Both the position numbers and the translations under genes were made by a program. From NCBI GenBank assembly GCA_951406725.2, contig OX597817.1:25606001-25670000 (forward strand): DNA of 64,000 bases. The letters are read 5' to 3'. Below are positions 39,510-53,174 of the stretch, piece after piece. The notes under the pieces were generated by a model that was given only the letters and a program-made list of their open reading frames with translations, searched no databases and had not been told where the DNA came from. The stretch's first letter is position 1. Every line of letters starts with the position of its first letter. This DNA is from Octopus vulgaris (lineage: Eukaryota).

Positions 39510-39555
39510 CACACGCTGATGACGGGTCAATACCCAGAAACTCGAGTCCATGTGT
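39510..39555 (+). ncRNA. Type-I hammerhead ribozyme motif
   Basis: CACACG-CTGATGA-C-GGG-TCAATA-CCC-A-GAAA-CTCGAG-TC-CATGTG; palindromic stem III, GUC triplet, one CpG-type mismatch in stem I. Confidence 0.75.
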
Positions 39556-39714
39556 ATCATAGGTTGAAGACGGGAAGGATGGCTTCCCTTTGCAAATACT
39601 GATAGGGCACAGAAAGTGTGTCAATAGCCAGCTGGAGGAGGTGTCCTCCTGGGGCTACAAGCTACAGTAGCATCCACCCTTAGGGGTAGCCATATTTATA
39701 TGGCAAATGTACTT

Positions 39715-39786
<72 letters not shown>

Positions 39787-39982
39787 AAATATATACATAT
39801 GTACATATATGTATAATTAATGTGGTTTTTCCAATTGCAGGAACTAAGAATTGGAGGGGGACAGAATAAACTACCTGCATCAACTTGCTATAAAAGCAGG
39901 TAGTAATTTTGCCTATATTTATTCTTAGTACAAATGTTCAAGAGTTCAGTTCAATTTTATTATTGATATTTTCAAAGTTATA

Positions 39983-41194
39983 ACGGAAGTGACAAGGGAG
40001 TATATTTGGCATATTTTGCTTTCTAGATTCAATAAAGGCAACAACACAACAGAAAGTGTGAAGAATATTAATGCAGTATATAGGGATCAGACTTAAGTGT
40101 AAGCCAGTGTCTACAGTGGTTCCAGAAATTCCAAGCCAGAAATTACAGCCTAGAAGACGAGTGTCATACTGGAAGATCTGTAGAGCTTGACAAGGACGTC
40201 CTGCAAATCCTGATAGAACAAAATCCCATCGGCAATTTCCCAGGCGGCGAGCTGGCAGAAACATTAGCACACCGGGCAAAATGCTTAGTGGTATTTCATC
40301 TGCCGTTACGTTCTGAGTCGATAAATTAAGTACCACTTATGCATTGGGGTGATGTAATCGACTTAATGTCCTTGTTTGTCCCCTCTATCTTTAGCCCCTT
40401 GTAGGCAATAAAGAAATAAGAACAAAATACCATCGTAACTGTTGAGGAACTCGCAGAGAAGCCTGTATTAGGTCATTCAACCATTCATCGACACCTGTGT
40501 GCCATCAGAAACGTCATCAAATTGGGTCAACGGGTTTTCATAAACTTTCCAGATCTAATCATGCACAGAGAGTGAATGTATGCTCTTCTTTGTTGTTACA
40601 TCTCACGAATGAACCTTTTTTGGACTGAATAGTTACTGGTAATGAGAAATGGGTTTTCTGTAAAAATGTCAAGTGCCAAAGACAGTGGATAGGGAAAGGA
40701 GAAACACAAGCACCCTAGGCTAAAGAAGGTATTCATCCATGAAAGGTGTTGTTATCTGTTTGGTAGAATATGAAAGGTTTAGTCCACTTTGAAATTTAAA
40801 CCCAAACTAAACGATAACAAAGGAGATCTACTGTGAGCAGCTTAAGTGGCTTAAGTCAACACTAGAAGCAAAATGACCAATTTTGGTGTCAAGATGAAAA
40901 GCATTCTTCCATCAGGATAATGTTCAGCCACATACAGCAAGGATGACATTCCAAAGGCTGGAGCAGTTTGAATGGAAAACGATGCCCCACCCACCATATC
41001 TGTGTGACATTGCTCCATTTGATTATTATTTATTTTGCAGTCTTCAAAATCATTTGGACAGAAAAAATACGAATTCTGTACACGAGGTCAGATTTTTCCT
41101 CACAGACAAGGGAATTTTGTAAGAGGAGTCTTAAGGTCTACCACATAGATAGAAGGGCATTATAGAAAATGAAGGAGAGTATATTTTAGATTAA
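39983..41194 (+). pseudogene. Mariner transposase pseudogene
   Basis: QWFQKFQARNYSLEDECHTGRS...IEQNPIVTVEELAE...TIHRHL; NEPFLD*IVTGNEKWV; FHQDNVQPHTA; ENEGEYILD*. Confidence 0.85.
40232..40418 (+). mobile_element. SINE family S2 (internally deleted) with 17-bp TSD, inside the mariner
   Basis: AGAACAAAAT(C/A)CCATCG at 40215-40231 and 40419-40435. Confidence 0.85.
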
Positions 41195-42163
41195 AAAAGA
41201 AATTTGTTTATCTTAAATTTTAGAAATAAAAGAAGTATAAAAAAATTGCATTATTTATGGGATGGCTCAATATATGTAGGTATGATGGATTGATAGACAG
41301 ATGGATGGAGGGATATATATATATATGTATATACACATGTATTATCAGGTTAAAATTCCATTTTAGATGCATGCACAAGATGATTAAAGCTTTGTTGATG
41401 AAATTCTGGCTGCTTATCAAAAACATTTCAAGACAAAATCAAGCAATATAATTTCCTTAGGCTCAAAAGCAAAAATAGTGATGAAATTGTTAAAGTCACC
41501 AATTTGTTACTGGTGATTTATATGACAATAATAATGAATTGATTAATCCTAGAATTGTGTTAGAAGCTAATTACTTAATTTATGGGATATTTGGCTGCCA
41601 TTTCTCAGAAATGACAAACTGATTAAAGATGACAAGTTCAAATCTTCTCTAGACATTTCAACTATCATCTAATGGGATTATCTAATGACTGAAACAAGTA
41701 AAGCATAAAAATAAAAGATGCTATTATTTATAGCTTTACTCTTTGCGTTCAACTCTTAAAATAAATTCCTGTTCTCTCAAAGTTCCTAACGTTTTATGAA
41801 GTGAGCAATATACAATTCTTGCTCGTAACAACAAAGTTCCTGAAATGGAGAGAGTAACTCTTTCTTTGTTCAAGTCTTTCTTTGGTTCAATGATAAAATA
41901 TCTATCATGTTTACAGAAGATGTGTGTTCACAGCCTTCAAATATTTCTATCCAACGAGGTTTCTTAACCCAACATAAATGTGTTATTATGTGTTTTTTAA
42001 CCCAATATACCTAGAATACATGTGTAATTATTACTAACTTTATCTACTTTCAGTTAAGCCATTGAAACCAATTACATGCAATTATACATACATATAAATA
42101 GATATTTAATTAGATAAATGAATAAATATATATGCATAAAACTGGTGTGTGTGAGTATATATG

Positions 42164-42203
<40 letters not shown>

Positions 42204-42204
<1 letters not shown>

Positions 42205-42432
42205 TTTATTTAAAGCAGCAGAAATTTCAACAAAACCTGTTACTCTGAGTTTCACGTTCCCGTTCGTCGGACAGTTTTTGCTAGAAAAAACTGTCCGACG
42301 AACGGGAACGTGAAACTCAGAGTAGCAGGTTTTGTTGAATTTCTGCTGCTTTAAATAAAGCATATTACTCTACCACTGGTATTTGAGTACTCTTTTTTCC
42401 ACCTTGTTTCACATTTATGTGTTTACTTCGGT
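42204..42432. mobile_element. HHR family A fold-back mini-element (~76-bp arms), one HHR on each strand, in (TA)n
   Basis: 42204-42279 is inverted at 42286-42360. Each arm carries CTGT-CCGACGA-ACG-GGAA-CGT-GAAA-CTCAGAG-TA-(A/G)CAG. Confidence 0.88.
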
Positions 42433-42669
42433 ATATATATATATATAAATTTTGGCACATGGCCATTTAATTTCAAGGAGTGGGTAAGTCGATTACATCA
42501 ATCCCAGTTTTCAGTTGATACTTATTTTATTGACCCTAGTAGGACGAAAGGCAAAGTTGACACAAGTGGCATTTGACCTCAGAATGTAAAGTCAGAAGAA
42601 ATACTGGTAGCATTTATCCTGGTGCAGTAACCATTCTGCCAGTTCTAATATATATATATATATATATAT

Positions 42670-42874
42670 ATAATTGAATTTTAATATTATTAGTGAATTG
42701 AAGAAATGGAGTTTTTTTTCCAACGGATTTCCTATTTCTTCCTGAAGAGAAAGACACAATATGGTCTCCTTATTCAATCGGAATTTGGTAAATTGTGCCT
42801 TTCGAAACACGTGTAGAATGCAATAAAATGATTTCTGTTCAATCTTCGTTCAACTCCATTTCTTCAATTCACTA

Positions 42875-42878
<4 letters not shown>
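42670..42878 (+). mobile_element. HHR family C mini-element in (TA)n
   Basis: Short inverted ends TATTAGTGAATTGAAGAAATGGAGTT; body homologous to 37830-38078. Confidence 0.8.
42739..42818 (+). ncRNA. Type-I hammerhead motif with extended stem II
   Basis: TTC-CTGAAGA-GAAAG(A)CACAAT...ATTGTG(C)CTTTC-GAAA-CACGTG-TA-GAA; stem I is short (3 bp). Confidence 0.7.
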
Positions 42879-42946
<68 letters not shown>

Positions 42947-43227
42947 ATAATAATTAATACGTTTAAGGTTTTTATTCCTATTCTGGCCACTTGATATGAT
43001 CGGTATTCTAAATAATGATATTATCCTTATTTATATGAGAATATATATATTTACTTCATCATTATATTCACTGCTGAGGTATTTTGACCATACAGCACGT
43101 AGATATGAGACGGGCAGTTAAACCGATCGTGTATATATGGGCATATATATGAATGTATACGTGCGTATATGTAAGTATTCGTATGCTATATACACATATA
43201 TTTGTAACTATGTACTATCTATGTATT

Positions 43228-43283
43228 TCCCACTGATGAGGCAGAGTATATTTTTATACACAACCAGAAATCCGGATCTGGGA
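43228..43283 (+). ncRNA. Type-I hammerhead motif
   Basis: TCCCA-CTGATGA-[GG..GTATA-TTTT-TATAC..CC-A]-GAAA-TCCGGA-TC-TGGGA; palindromic stem III, AUC triplet. Confidence 0.75.
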
Positions 43284-43920
43284 GTATCCAATAATTTTTT
43301 GCTAGTTTATTTGTCTATTTGTCTTTTTACTTGGTGCTGTATGGATACATGATGTGGCTTTAGAGTCAAGTTTTGACTGCTCTCTCTAGCATGGTGGTAT
43401 CTCTTAGATGCTCTTAATTATAATTTTAATAATAATACCTATAAGGTTTTATGCCCATACCGGCCACCTGATGTGATTGGTATTTTAAATAACGCTCTTA
43501 TCTGTATTTATATCAATAATTATATATATAAAATACAAAATAGGACAAGAACTCGAAACATCCAGCCTGTTAGGTGATACAAAAAAGGGGACAGTAAAGC
43601 ATCCAGATAGATGATACAAAGAAAACAAGGACGGGTCATTCAGAGTTTTCTTTCCTCAGTCAAGTTCCAGATTATCTTTGCAATTTTGGGTGGTTATACT
43701 CGAGATTGGTCCAATCTGGCCAGCCCTAAAAAAAAACTAACCTAAAAGCATTAGATTCCTTGGAAGAAAGCAGCAAATGTGTACGAAAACAAGGACGGAA
43801 AAATAACGGAGAATGTTACACAAATACTAATAAGAGGACATAGGAACAGGTGTCTTTTGACTAAGGCCAAATTAAATTAAGCTGGTGTGTGTGCAAGTAA
43901 AGCCTTATGGCACAGATACA

Positions 43921-43962
<42 letters not shown>

Positions 43963-44484
43963 ACATATCTATGTGTATAAGAACATATATACACACACAA
44001 ATTAGTACGCACGTGTACACATGGACAAACACTTACACATGAATATATATCCATGGTTCCCATATGTCTGAAAAGGCAGTGCAATGAAAGCTGGGAAGTT
44101 TCTCTTCTAGGTGCAGTCATGAGCAAGGTTTTAATATAAAACCATGTAAGCCCATCTATCCTATGACATCAATGTTGTCAAAGAGTGAAACAATGGAGCA
44201 CTAGAGCTGGGCAACAGTGTCATCACAGACAATGGCCAACACAACCCAAAAAGCCCCATCAGATAGTGCAAGTTATTTTATCTGATACTCTCCTAATTCC
44301 CACATAAACAATGCTCTTCACAGGTGCTTTTACTTACTGACTCTAAAGAGTTGAAAGGTGCAGTTACCCTTAACAGAAATTCAACTGAGAGAATTGGGAG
44401 GCAGAGCAAATAACTAAGGAATTCTGTCTGCAACTCTCATGACTCACACAGTTAGACACTTTATGAATATATATATCAACACAT

Positions 44485-44810
44485 TGTGAAGGTGCATGGC
44501 TCAGTGGTTAAAGCGTCGAACTGACGAACTGACGAACGTGAGGTTGGGAGTTTGAATCCCATACTGGGCTGCATGTTGTGTTCTTGAGCAAGACACTTTA
44601 TTTCACATTGCTCGCGTTCACTCAGCCGTAGAAATGAGTTGTGACATCGTCATTGGTGCCAAGCTGTATCGGCCTTTGCTTTTCCTTTGGGTAACACCGG
44701 TGGCATGGAGAGGGGAGACTGGTATGCATGAGCCCAGACTTGTGCCTCGGAGGGTAACTTTCTAGGTGTAATCCCATTGTCAGTGTCGTAACCGAAGGGG
44801 GTCTTCGATA
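44485..44810 (+). mobile_element. tRNA-derived SINE related to S3
   Basis: TGGCTCAGTGG A box, GAGTTTGAATCCC B box, and the TGTGTTCTTGAGCAAGACACTT block shared with S3. Confidence 0.7.
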
Positions 44811-45062
44811 TCAACACATTTATACATACATGTGTATTTGCATATATATATATATATGTATGCATATGTTCATATACCTACTAATCATACAAATACACAC
44901 ACACACACACACACTCACACACACACATACATATATGCTTATATACCTACATAGTTATACGTTCATGTATGTTTGTATATTTATATATATATGTATATAT
45001 ACGTATGTATTCAAATCTATGTATACATACATATATATATATGTATTTCTAAATATATATAT

Positions 45063-45252
<190 letters not shown>

Positions 45253-46226
45253 ATATATACACCCACGCACAAACACACACTTCTATACAGTGCACGTATT
45301 TGTGTTATGATTTTTCTGTTTTCTCTTCTTAATTTATAATAAAATATTTGCTGCTAAGAGTATTTGTTTGGAAAGGTGATATAGAGTGTGGCATCATATA
45401 TTAACCAGACATACTAATGGCAAACCTTTAAAAAATTTTTCGTGCATCAGTATAAGTCTATTTGACAGGAAGTGATCTAACTCAGCAGAGCTTGAAATAT
45501 CTTGAAGTTGTAGTTGACAGTTACGTTAATTTGATTCAACAGAAGATTTTGCCATTCTTATTGACTGACTAACACAAGATCCCAGTTTGCTTCAGTGAGG
45601 AAAATACTTGCCATTCCAATGAATAGAAACATGAAATGACTTATATAACTTTCATTTTCAAGATGAACTATCATATCAATTATTTACATAACTGGTGTAG
45701 TAGCAAAGTGGTTTAATATTCGGTTGCATGGAATCTTGATGTCAAGTTTGAGTTCAAATTCTGTCAGTTTAAAAAGCACTTCAAGTGGTAAACATATAAT
45801 TTATGGCTCCCACATGAACTAGATGTATACTGAGGCATATACACTCACACATATGTACACGTGAAATCACACACTCACACATACACGCACACACACACAC
45901 AAGTACTTACACACACATACAAGAAAATATATACAATTATAATAGTTCTATTGACAGAAGCTTTCAAGTATTGCTAGGTGCAAATGTGATAAAGATATTC
46001 ATATGTATGTATATGCATAGGTTCATGTAAAGATGTGCATGTGTTTGCGTGCATGTGTGTGTGTGTTTTGTGTACATGTGTTTAGCTTACTATTCTGTTG
46101 TTGGTAGGTTCGACAATAAAAGTACTACATGTAATTAGAGTGAAATACCATTTAATATGCACAGTATATTATTATTATTTAAATACTGTATATCATCATC
46201 ATCATCATCATTTAACGTCCATTTTC

Positions 46227-46640
46227 TTATTTCTTTATTGCCCACAAAGGGCTAAACATAGAGGGGACAAACAAGGACAGACATAGGTATTAAGTCGATT
46301 ACATCGACCCCAGTACATAACTGGTACTTATTTAATCGACCGCGAAAAGATAAAAGGCACAGTCGACCTCAGTGGAATTTGAACTCAGAACGTAAAGACA
46401 GACGAAATACCTATTTCTTTATTACCCACAAGGGGCCAAACACAGAGGGGACAAACAAGGACAGACATAGGTATTAAGTCGATTACATCGACCCCAGTGC
46501 GAAACTGGTACTTAATTTATCGACCCCGAAAGGATGAAAGGCAAAGTCGACCTCGGTGGAATTTGAACTCAGAACGTAAAGACAGACGAAGTACCGCTAA
46601 GCATTTCATTCGACGTGCCAACGTTTCTGCCAGCTCGCCA
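46227..46640 (-). mobile_element. SINE family S2 tandem dimer with 18-bp TSD
   Basis: CATTTAACGTCCATTTTC at 46209-46226 and 46641-46658; units ~46227-46410 and 46411-46640. Confidence 0.9.
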
Positions 46641-47226
46641 CATTTAACGTCCATTTTCAGTGCAACTGCTCTCTATGATTGGAAGTGTGCAAAGATATTT
46701 GGTTTGTGGCTGCTGTGAAAAAGATGACGAAATGAACCTAACAGGTGTTAATCTAAGTGTTATGCCCTTTGGCACCAAAGCACCATCTCTGAGGGTGTTG
46801 TAAGATGACAAGAGTTTTCTGGAAAAGTGTTTATGGAAAACGTATGTATGTTTTAGGGTTGGTGTTCTTTTAGAATTGGAATGTATGCAGTGGGACTATA
46901 TGTGCGGTGTCTTCAGATGTAAGTGGTGGGGACAAAGGCCACATATGTATTTGAGTATTCGTTTGTATATTTTTATTATGTTTTAGCTAGATTTTTGGTT
47001 ATATTGTTTGGGGCATTTATGTATGCATGGAATGCATGTAGAGTTATTATTTGTGTGTGGGCTTGTATTAGGGTGGTAGAAAAGGGTCTCTTGGGTGGAT
47101 GTGCACCGTGTGTGTTTGTGAATGTGTCTATGTTTGTTCTGATCAAACTCATCACCAGATTCCTAGGTATTGGTGGAGGATGGCTGAAGCTGGAGACTGG
47201 CAGTTATAGTCATGATGGGTCGCGTA

Positions 47227-47390
47227 GCTATGATAGGATGTACTTCCTGTCATGTGAGCAAGGATTAACACTTTCACTTCTGCAGTTCAGGTAGATGCCT
47301 GAGTGCTCACAGTTTTTTAATATCGATCTTTTCTCAGCCAGGTATAATCTACAGTTTTTGCTGCTATTGAAGTAAGTTTTGTGGGGTTCT
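47227..47390 (-). pseudogene. PLE GIY-YIG C-terminal fragment (same type as 8651-9040)
   Basis: TYFNSSKNCRLYLAEKRSILKNCEHSGIYLNCRSESVNPCSHDRKYILS* fits the C.LCL.EK...LN.RSE...C.H.RKY.L pattern. Confidence 0.7.
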
Positions 47391-48189
47391 CAGTGGTACT
47401 TTCTTTCACTGACCATGTGTGCTTTGCACATTGTCTCTCCAAGATGTTGGGGGGCCTTCAGTTTCCCCCATGATTAAATGTGTGAAGGTATATGGGGACA
47501 ACTGAAAGCTCCTTCAAAACCCGTTACAACACCCACAAGTCCTCCTTCAACATCCCAGAAGACAAAGTGCCATAACTGTGGTCAAGCATACAGTGTATAA
47601 AGATATGAACAGCTAATAATTTTTCCTATGGGGAAACAGTTCTTGGCAGGTTTTTATAACATTCCTTGTTTCTCCAAGCAATCTTTGGGTTCTGATCACA
47701 TGGTCTATTTGATTTGTGATCAACATGCTGTTACAAAAGAAGAAGTCATGAGAAAAAATGAGAAGGTAGATGCAAAAAGTAGACGGGTAAATAGAAATGG
47801 AAAAAATGAAAAGAATAAAGTAAATTATAGTCGTGTCTCTTTTGGCTGTAATGCCGTAATTAAAGTAGTTGAAGAATAATTCAATGGAGAGGGGTCCAAA
47901 GGCTGCCAGACAGCTGATGCTCCATCCTAAGAGAGTGGTGTCTTCCAGTTTGCCAAAATATATGTATGTATATATGAGTGTGTGTGTGTGCATGTGTGTG
48001 TATGCACTCTTATTTTTAATTGGTAGACAATTACAAAAGTTATTCGAGAACTAAGAATTTTGTGTATTGTAGCTTTTAAAAGTAATAAAACTGGATATAC
48101 ATTATGCATTCATGTATTGATTTCTGTCTTTACTGTTTGTTCTGTCATATCTATAAATACATGCATGTATACATACATATGTGTGTGTG

Positions 48190-48228
<39 letters not shown>

Positions 48229-48435
48229 AAAAACGTCAAGGTAGAAAATGCTAAAATAATTTTATAAAAAACATTTCAGTACCGGTTTTGTCATTGAGAC
48301 TTTTTCAACTGTGCGTATGGAAAACAATTAAATTTTGGTAAAAATTAAATGAAAAGTATTTAAAAAGATTTTTTGGATAGTATTCAACTACAAGGGGCAT
48401 TTTCCTTGTTTTTGCCTGTCTCTGTCTCTCGTTTA

Positions 48436-48494
<59 letters not shown>

Positions 48495-48619
48495 CATGCA
48501 TACACACACATGTATACACACACATATATGTTTATGTATGTGTGTGTATAAATATATATACATATAAACACACACATGTATATAGATAGGTAGAAACGTA
48601 TATATATATATATATATAT

Positions 48620-48694
<75 letters not shown>

Positions 48695-48820
48695 GATTGA
48701 TATAATTGTCTTTGTTTAGATTTTCTTATAAACAAAAAAATAGTAATCTATTTCTTTTGACTTCGTAAGACCAGTGGAATGTAGAATGCAAAATAACAAG
48801 TAGAAAACGTGATTATTATT

Positions 48821-48873
<53 letters not shown>

Positions 48874-49490
48874 CCTATCAAGATTACTTGCTTTTCTCCA
48901 ATTTTATGTATTTGTATTATTTATTCAGGGTTTTCAGATGATGTAGTTAAAGAACTCAGTTTAAATTAATAAACAAAACATGTTTATTTATACATGCTGT
49001 GATATTTAATATTTTAAACTGTACTAAATTTACCAATCATACAAATCATCCCTTTATGTGGTTATTTGACTTACTAGTAATATTAACCATACATCTCTCA
49101 AATCACAACGTTATTTCTTTAACAATGACAAGATTATCCAGGTGCCATACATCTGATCAAACCTCCTTTCATTGAAACCTGGACTGAGTCTGAACAATGA
49201 ATACACTGTGTGGATTTCAGTTCAAAATCCTGAACCTGACAATTAGATAACACATCCATTCAACCATTCTGTTTCAACAACAATGCATTTGATAATCAGT
49301 GTCATACTCAGTCAATTTAATCTATTAGCAATAGTTGGTTATTGTTGTTGTTGTTTAGTTACAGAACAGCCTTCACTGGTCAGACACATGATCAGACTAT
49401 TCCAGCCTTAACCATCCCATCCTTGAATGCATTTTGGATTACACATTTGGTCAATTGACTCAGTACTTTTTATATGAAGCCTAATTATTG

Positions 49491-49524
<34 letters not shown>

Positions 49525-51872
49525 AAGATTACTTGTTTCCCTTTTATTTCCAAATTCAACATGGGATAGGCATCTTCAAGAAATTTATTGATTGAAAGAA
49601 TTTGACAGCTGAATGAGATTTAGAATTATTTCATTTTTAATTCGGTTCTGCTTTCATATTTTTAACTCTGACATCTGAGATGATATAAGCAGGAAGAGAG
49701 GATTGGTCAGACTCTTCTAATACAAAGCCTATGAATAAAGCTATGATGAGAATAATAGGGATAAAAGGGAAAAATTTAAATAATATGTTAGTAATGATAA
49801 TGTCGATCAAAAGAGGTGAACAAGGCAAAAACAAATTAGGAAATACAACAGAGATCCCATTCAAGAGATTATCGGTAGAGCATAAAAATGATGAGTTTAG
49901 AAACAGCTTTTATGATAGGATCTGTTAATTTGAAAATTGAAGCAGGCTCTTTATTACAGATTTAGATGCAATACCTTTTGGGAAGACTAACTGATGTACC
50001 TTGTAAAGAGTTAGTAATTACACAAAATACATCTGACTTGAGACTGCATTCATATGTATGCAACTCTATGGAGTCTTTGAAAGGTAACCAACAACCAGGC
50101 AACGGTGTTAAAGCATGTGATTGAATATATCTACTGCCCAGATCTTCCACAGGATTTCTATCAGCCTAATTTCTTTTACAGGATTTGGTTAATCTAAAGC
50201 TAATGTAGAAGATACATAGAATAAGACGTAGTACTGAAGGATTGAACTTAAAGCCGCGTAGTTGTGAATCAAACTTCTTAATCACACAGTCAACCCTGTA
50301 TTCCATACATTTATGCCTTCTTTTCTATTCCCTGGCATAAAGCCTTGCTAAAATTCAATAATTTTACTGAAAATTAGAAATAATGGGTTGGCAAAAATTG
50401 TAGATTTCTGGAATTTATTTTACACAAATTTATTTCCTTTCGTTGACATTCTGAGTTCAAATCTTTGTTAAAATAGACCCTGTGTTTAATCTCTTCAAGA
50501 GTCTATGAAAAATACTAAAAATATATTAGGTTCAAATTGAACAGTCTTGTCCTACTGCTATAGAAGTTGACTTGGTATCTTGTAAAAAAACTGAAATCAA
50601 TAGTTCTAATGGGAAATATAAATTATATACTTTGGAATATAAATATGAATGAATGCTTCTTTATTTGTTTCCAATGCCAACTCGTCTTTCTATTCCTTAC
50701 TTTTGTGTGATCTCTCTATCATTTTCTCACTTTATTTATCTATATCTATCAGAGATAGATAATGTTTAAGTTTCTATATTAAATAAATAAACATAATTTC
50801 CAAATACTTTGAACTGACAGCCAAAACCAAAGAATTAAAACCAAGAAGCTGGTAAAAGATTAAAAATGAGTAAAAATAAATAAAAGTAGAACAAGTATAT
50901 AAAACAAAGAAAATCACACTCTGAACAGTCTAAGTCTAGACGTTTAAATTATATAGGTGATTAAAATTCTTGAGAAACAACAGAACAATACTTCTAATAT
51001 TCTTCATTAAAATCAATAAATTTTTGCAATAATTATAAAGTTTCATTGAATCATCACTGTTAAGTGTATGAGTGTATACAAGTATGCATGTATGTGTATT
51101 TTGAATGAATTCTTGTAATATAGCTGTTGGCAATCTTGCTGTGTCTTCAAATCATAATGCCTGCCAACTGTTCTTCTACACAAATACTGTTGAGACAAAA
51201 TCTTTTTCTGTAGCTTATGTGGAATGATGAAGCCACTGATGGCAATAAGAATATGAACAAAAACTTTTGGTACATTGAAATTACAAGTACACTTTTTCAT
51301 AGAAACTATTTTTTCTTCTTCTTCAGTATAACTCAGAGGCACACTTAGCCTTGAAAAATATCTTCATACATAAACTTGTGGTTTTTAGCTCTCAGCAGAT
51401 ATGGATTTTGAAGTTAACAAGATTGCTTTGCAACTTAAGTAAGTTTGAGGTTTGATCTTGCTGCATGGTAGTTTCGGAAAGTTCCATAGCCTCAGGTTCA
51501 CAAACGTGTCTTCCTCAAAATCTGTTAGATGGATAGTATGTGGAATCCTGCTTGAGGGATTGTTCCTGTTCTTGGGGCTTAGACTTAATCACCCCGCTTA
51601 GCATCTTAACCTGGTAGCTCAGGGTACTTTTATCTGAGTTCTCTCTATTGCAAGCATTCAGGTCAGGTTACAAATATTGGAATAACTTTTTTCCAATCTG
51701 CCACAAGAATGTAAACTCTAAAATGAATTGCAGACATTGCAGCCTCAGACTAAACAACTGAAATTAAAACAATTCTCCCCTTCCATATTCTCTATAAACT
51801 TGCATATCCATGCAAGTAAGATAAAATGGATGTAAAAACAAATGAATGAGTATATATACATATATATATATA

Positions 51873-52084
51873 CTTTATTCAAAAGCAGCAGAAAATTCAA
51901 CAAAACCTCTTACTCTGAGTTTCACATTCCCGTTCGTCGTGTCCGATGAATGGGAATGTGAAACTCAGAGCAACAGGTTTTGTTGAATTATCTGCTGCTT
52001 TTGAATAAAGCATATTACTCTACCACTGGTATTTGGTAGTACTTTATTTTTACACCTTGTTTCACATTTATGTGTTATATCCAG
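51873..52084. mobile_element. HHR family A fold-back mini-element in (TA)n
   Basis: Arms 51873-51939 and 51944-52010, then the same tail as 42361-42432. Confidence 0.85.
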
Positions 52085-53130
52085 TATATATATATATATA
52101 TATGTGAATGTATGTATCTGTAAATATAATATGTGACAATTATTTGGTAGCCATGATAAAACTCTCAGTTTCGGATGTAGGGGTGAAAACCCATGCCACC
52201 ATCTCTTCAATTTTCCAGCCATCGGAAAAATGCAATGAAAATGACCGTTAAACAAAGGGAAATTACTGTGTGATTGACCTCTATTAAGATAAAAGAGCTA
52301 TTAGAATGACCGCTAAGTGAGGGGAGGGAATAAAGGTGAGGTAGAAAAAAGTTCATAGTATTCGCGTAAGCGCACATGTTTATACCTACACATTCGTGCC
52401 CGCACACCTATGTTCATTCGTCTATATGTATATACTCATCTACCCTCACCTAAAACACACACTTGCTCACCCACACATTCACCAAAAAATATATACATAC
52501 CTGCATACATGTTCACACACACACATGCACGTGCACAAAAAGGTTCATACACACGTCTATATATGCACATGCACAAGAAAACAGAGGCCTAGGTGCAAAA
52601 TATGTATAAATAATAAGCAATAAGAGTAAAACACATCTATGTACGCACATACCTGTATGCATGCGCACACACACACACACATACACATCTATATATGTGC
52701 ATACCTGCATGTCTATACACACACAAGCGTGTGCACGTGCGTATGTGTATGAAAAGTATGTTACTATCATGGAGATTCGTACAGTAGTAGAAAAGGAATT
52801 TTTAACTCCTATTTCTAAATTCAGTACGTTGTGAAGCAATTAGCTGAACCCTAATTATAATTATAAAATATTTGTATAATTTTACCTATAAAGGTTATTT
52901 TAACGTACCGATTTACTTGGTAAAATTATTAATTAATTGATTTATTAATTAATTAATATAATTGATAAATTTTACCCTTGTATTATTAATTTAAAATTAT
53001 GTATGTATATATATATGTATATATATATATGTATATATATAATATAATTCGAGACAAAACCACTATTTTAAAACCAAACAAGGAAAGACTTAATCAATAC
53101 ATAAAATTTTAATATAAATTAAATAAACCG

Positions 53131-53174
53131 CCACTACAATTGTTTCATGTCTGCTACCGACAATCTTCAGGTGG
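53131..53174 (-). ncRNA. Minimal type-I hammerhead ribozyme (family B)
   Basis: Reverse complement reads CCAC-CTGAAGA-TTGTC-GGTAGCA-GACAT-GAAA-CAATTG-TA-GTGG. Confidence 0.85.

Larger units (their letters stand above)
39812..41272 (+). mobile_element. Decayed mariner transposon (cecropia/mellifera-like) interrupted by a SINE
   Basis: Transposase pseudogene below. Right TIR-like AAAAATTGCATTATTTATGGGATGGCTCAATA at 41241-41272; left TIR only partly recognisable. Confidence 0.75.
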
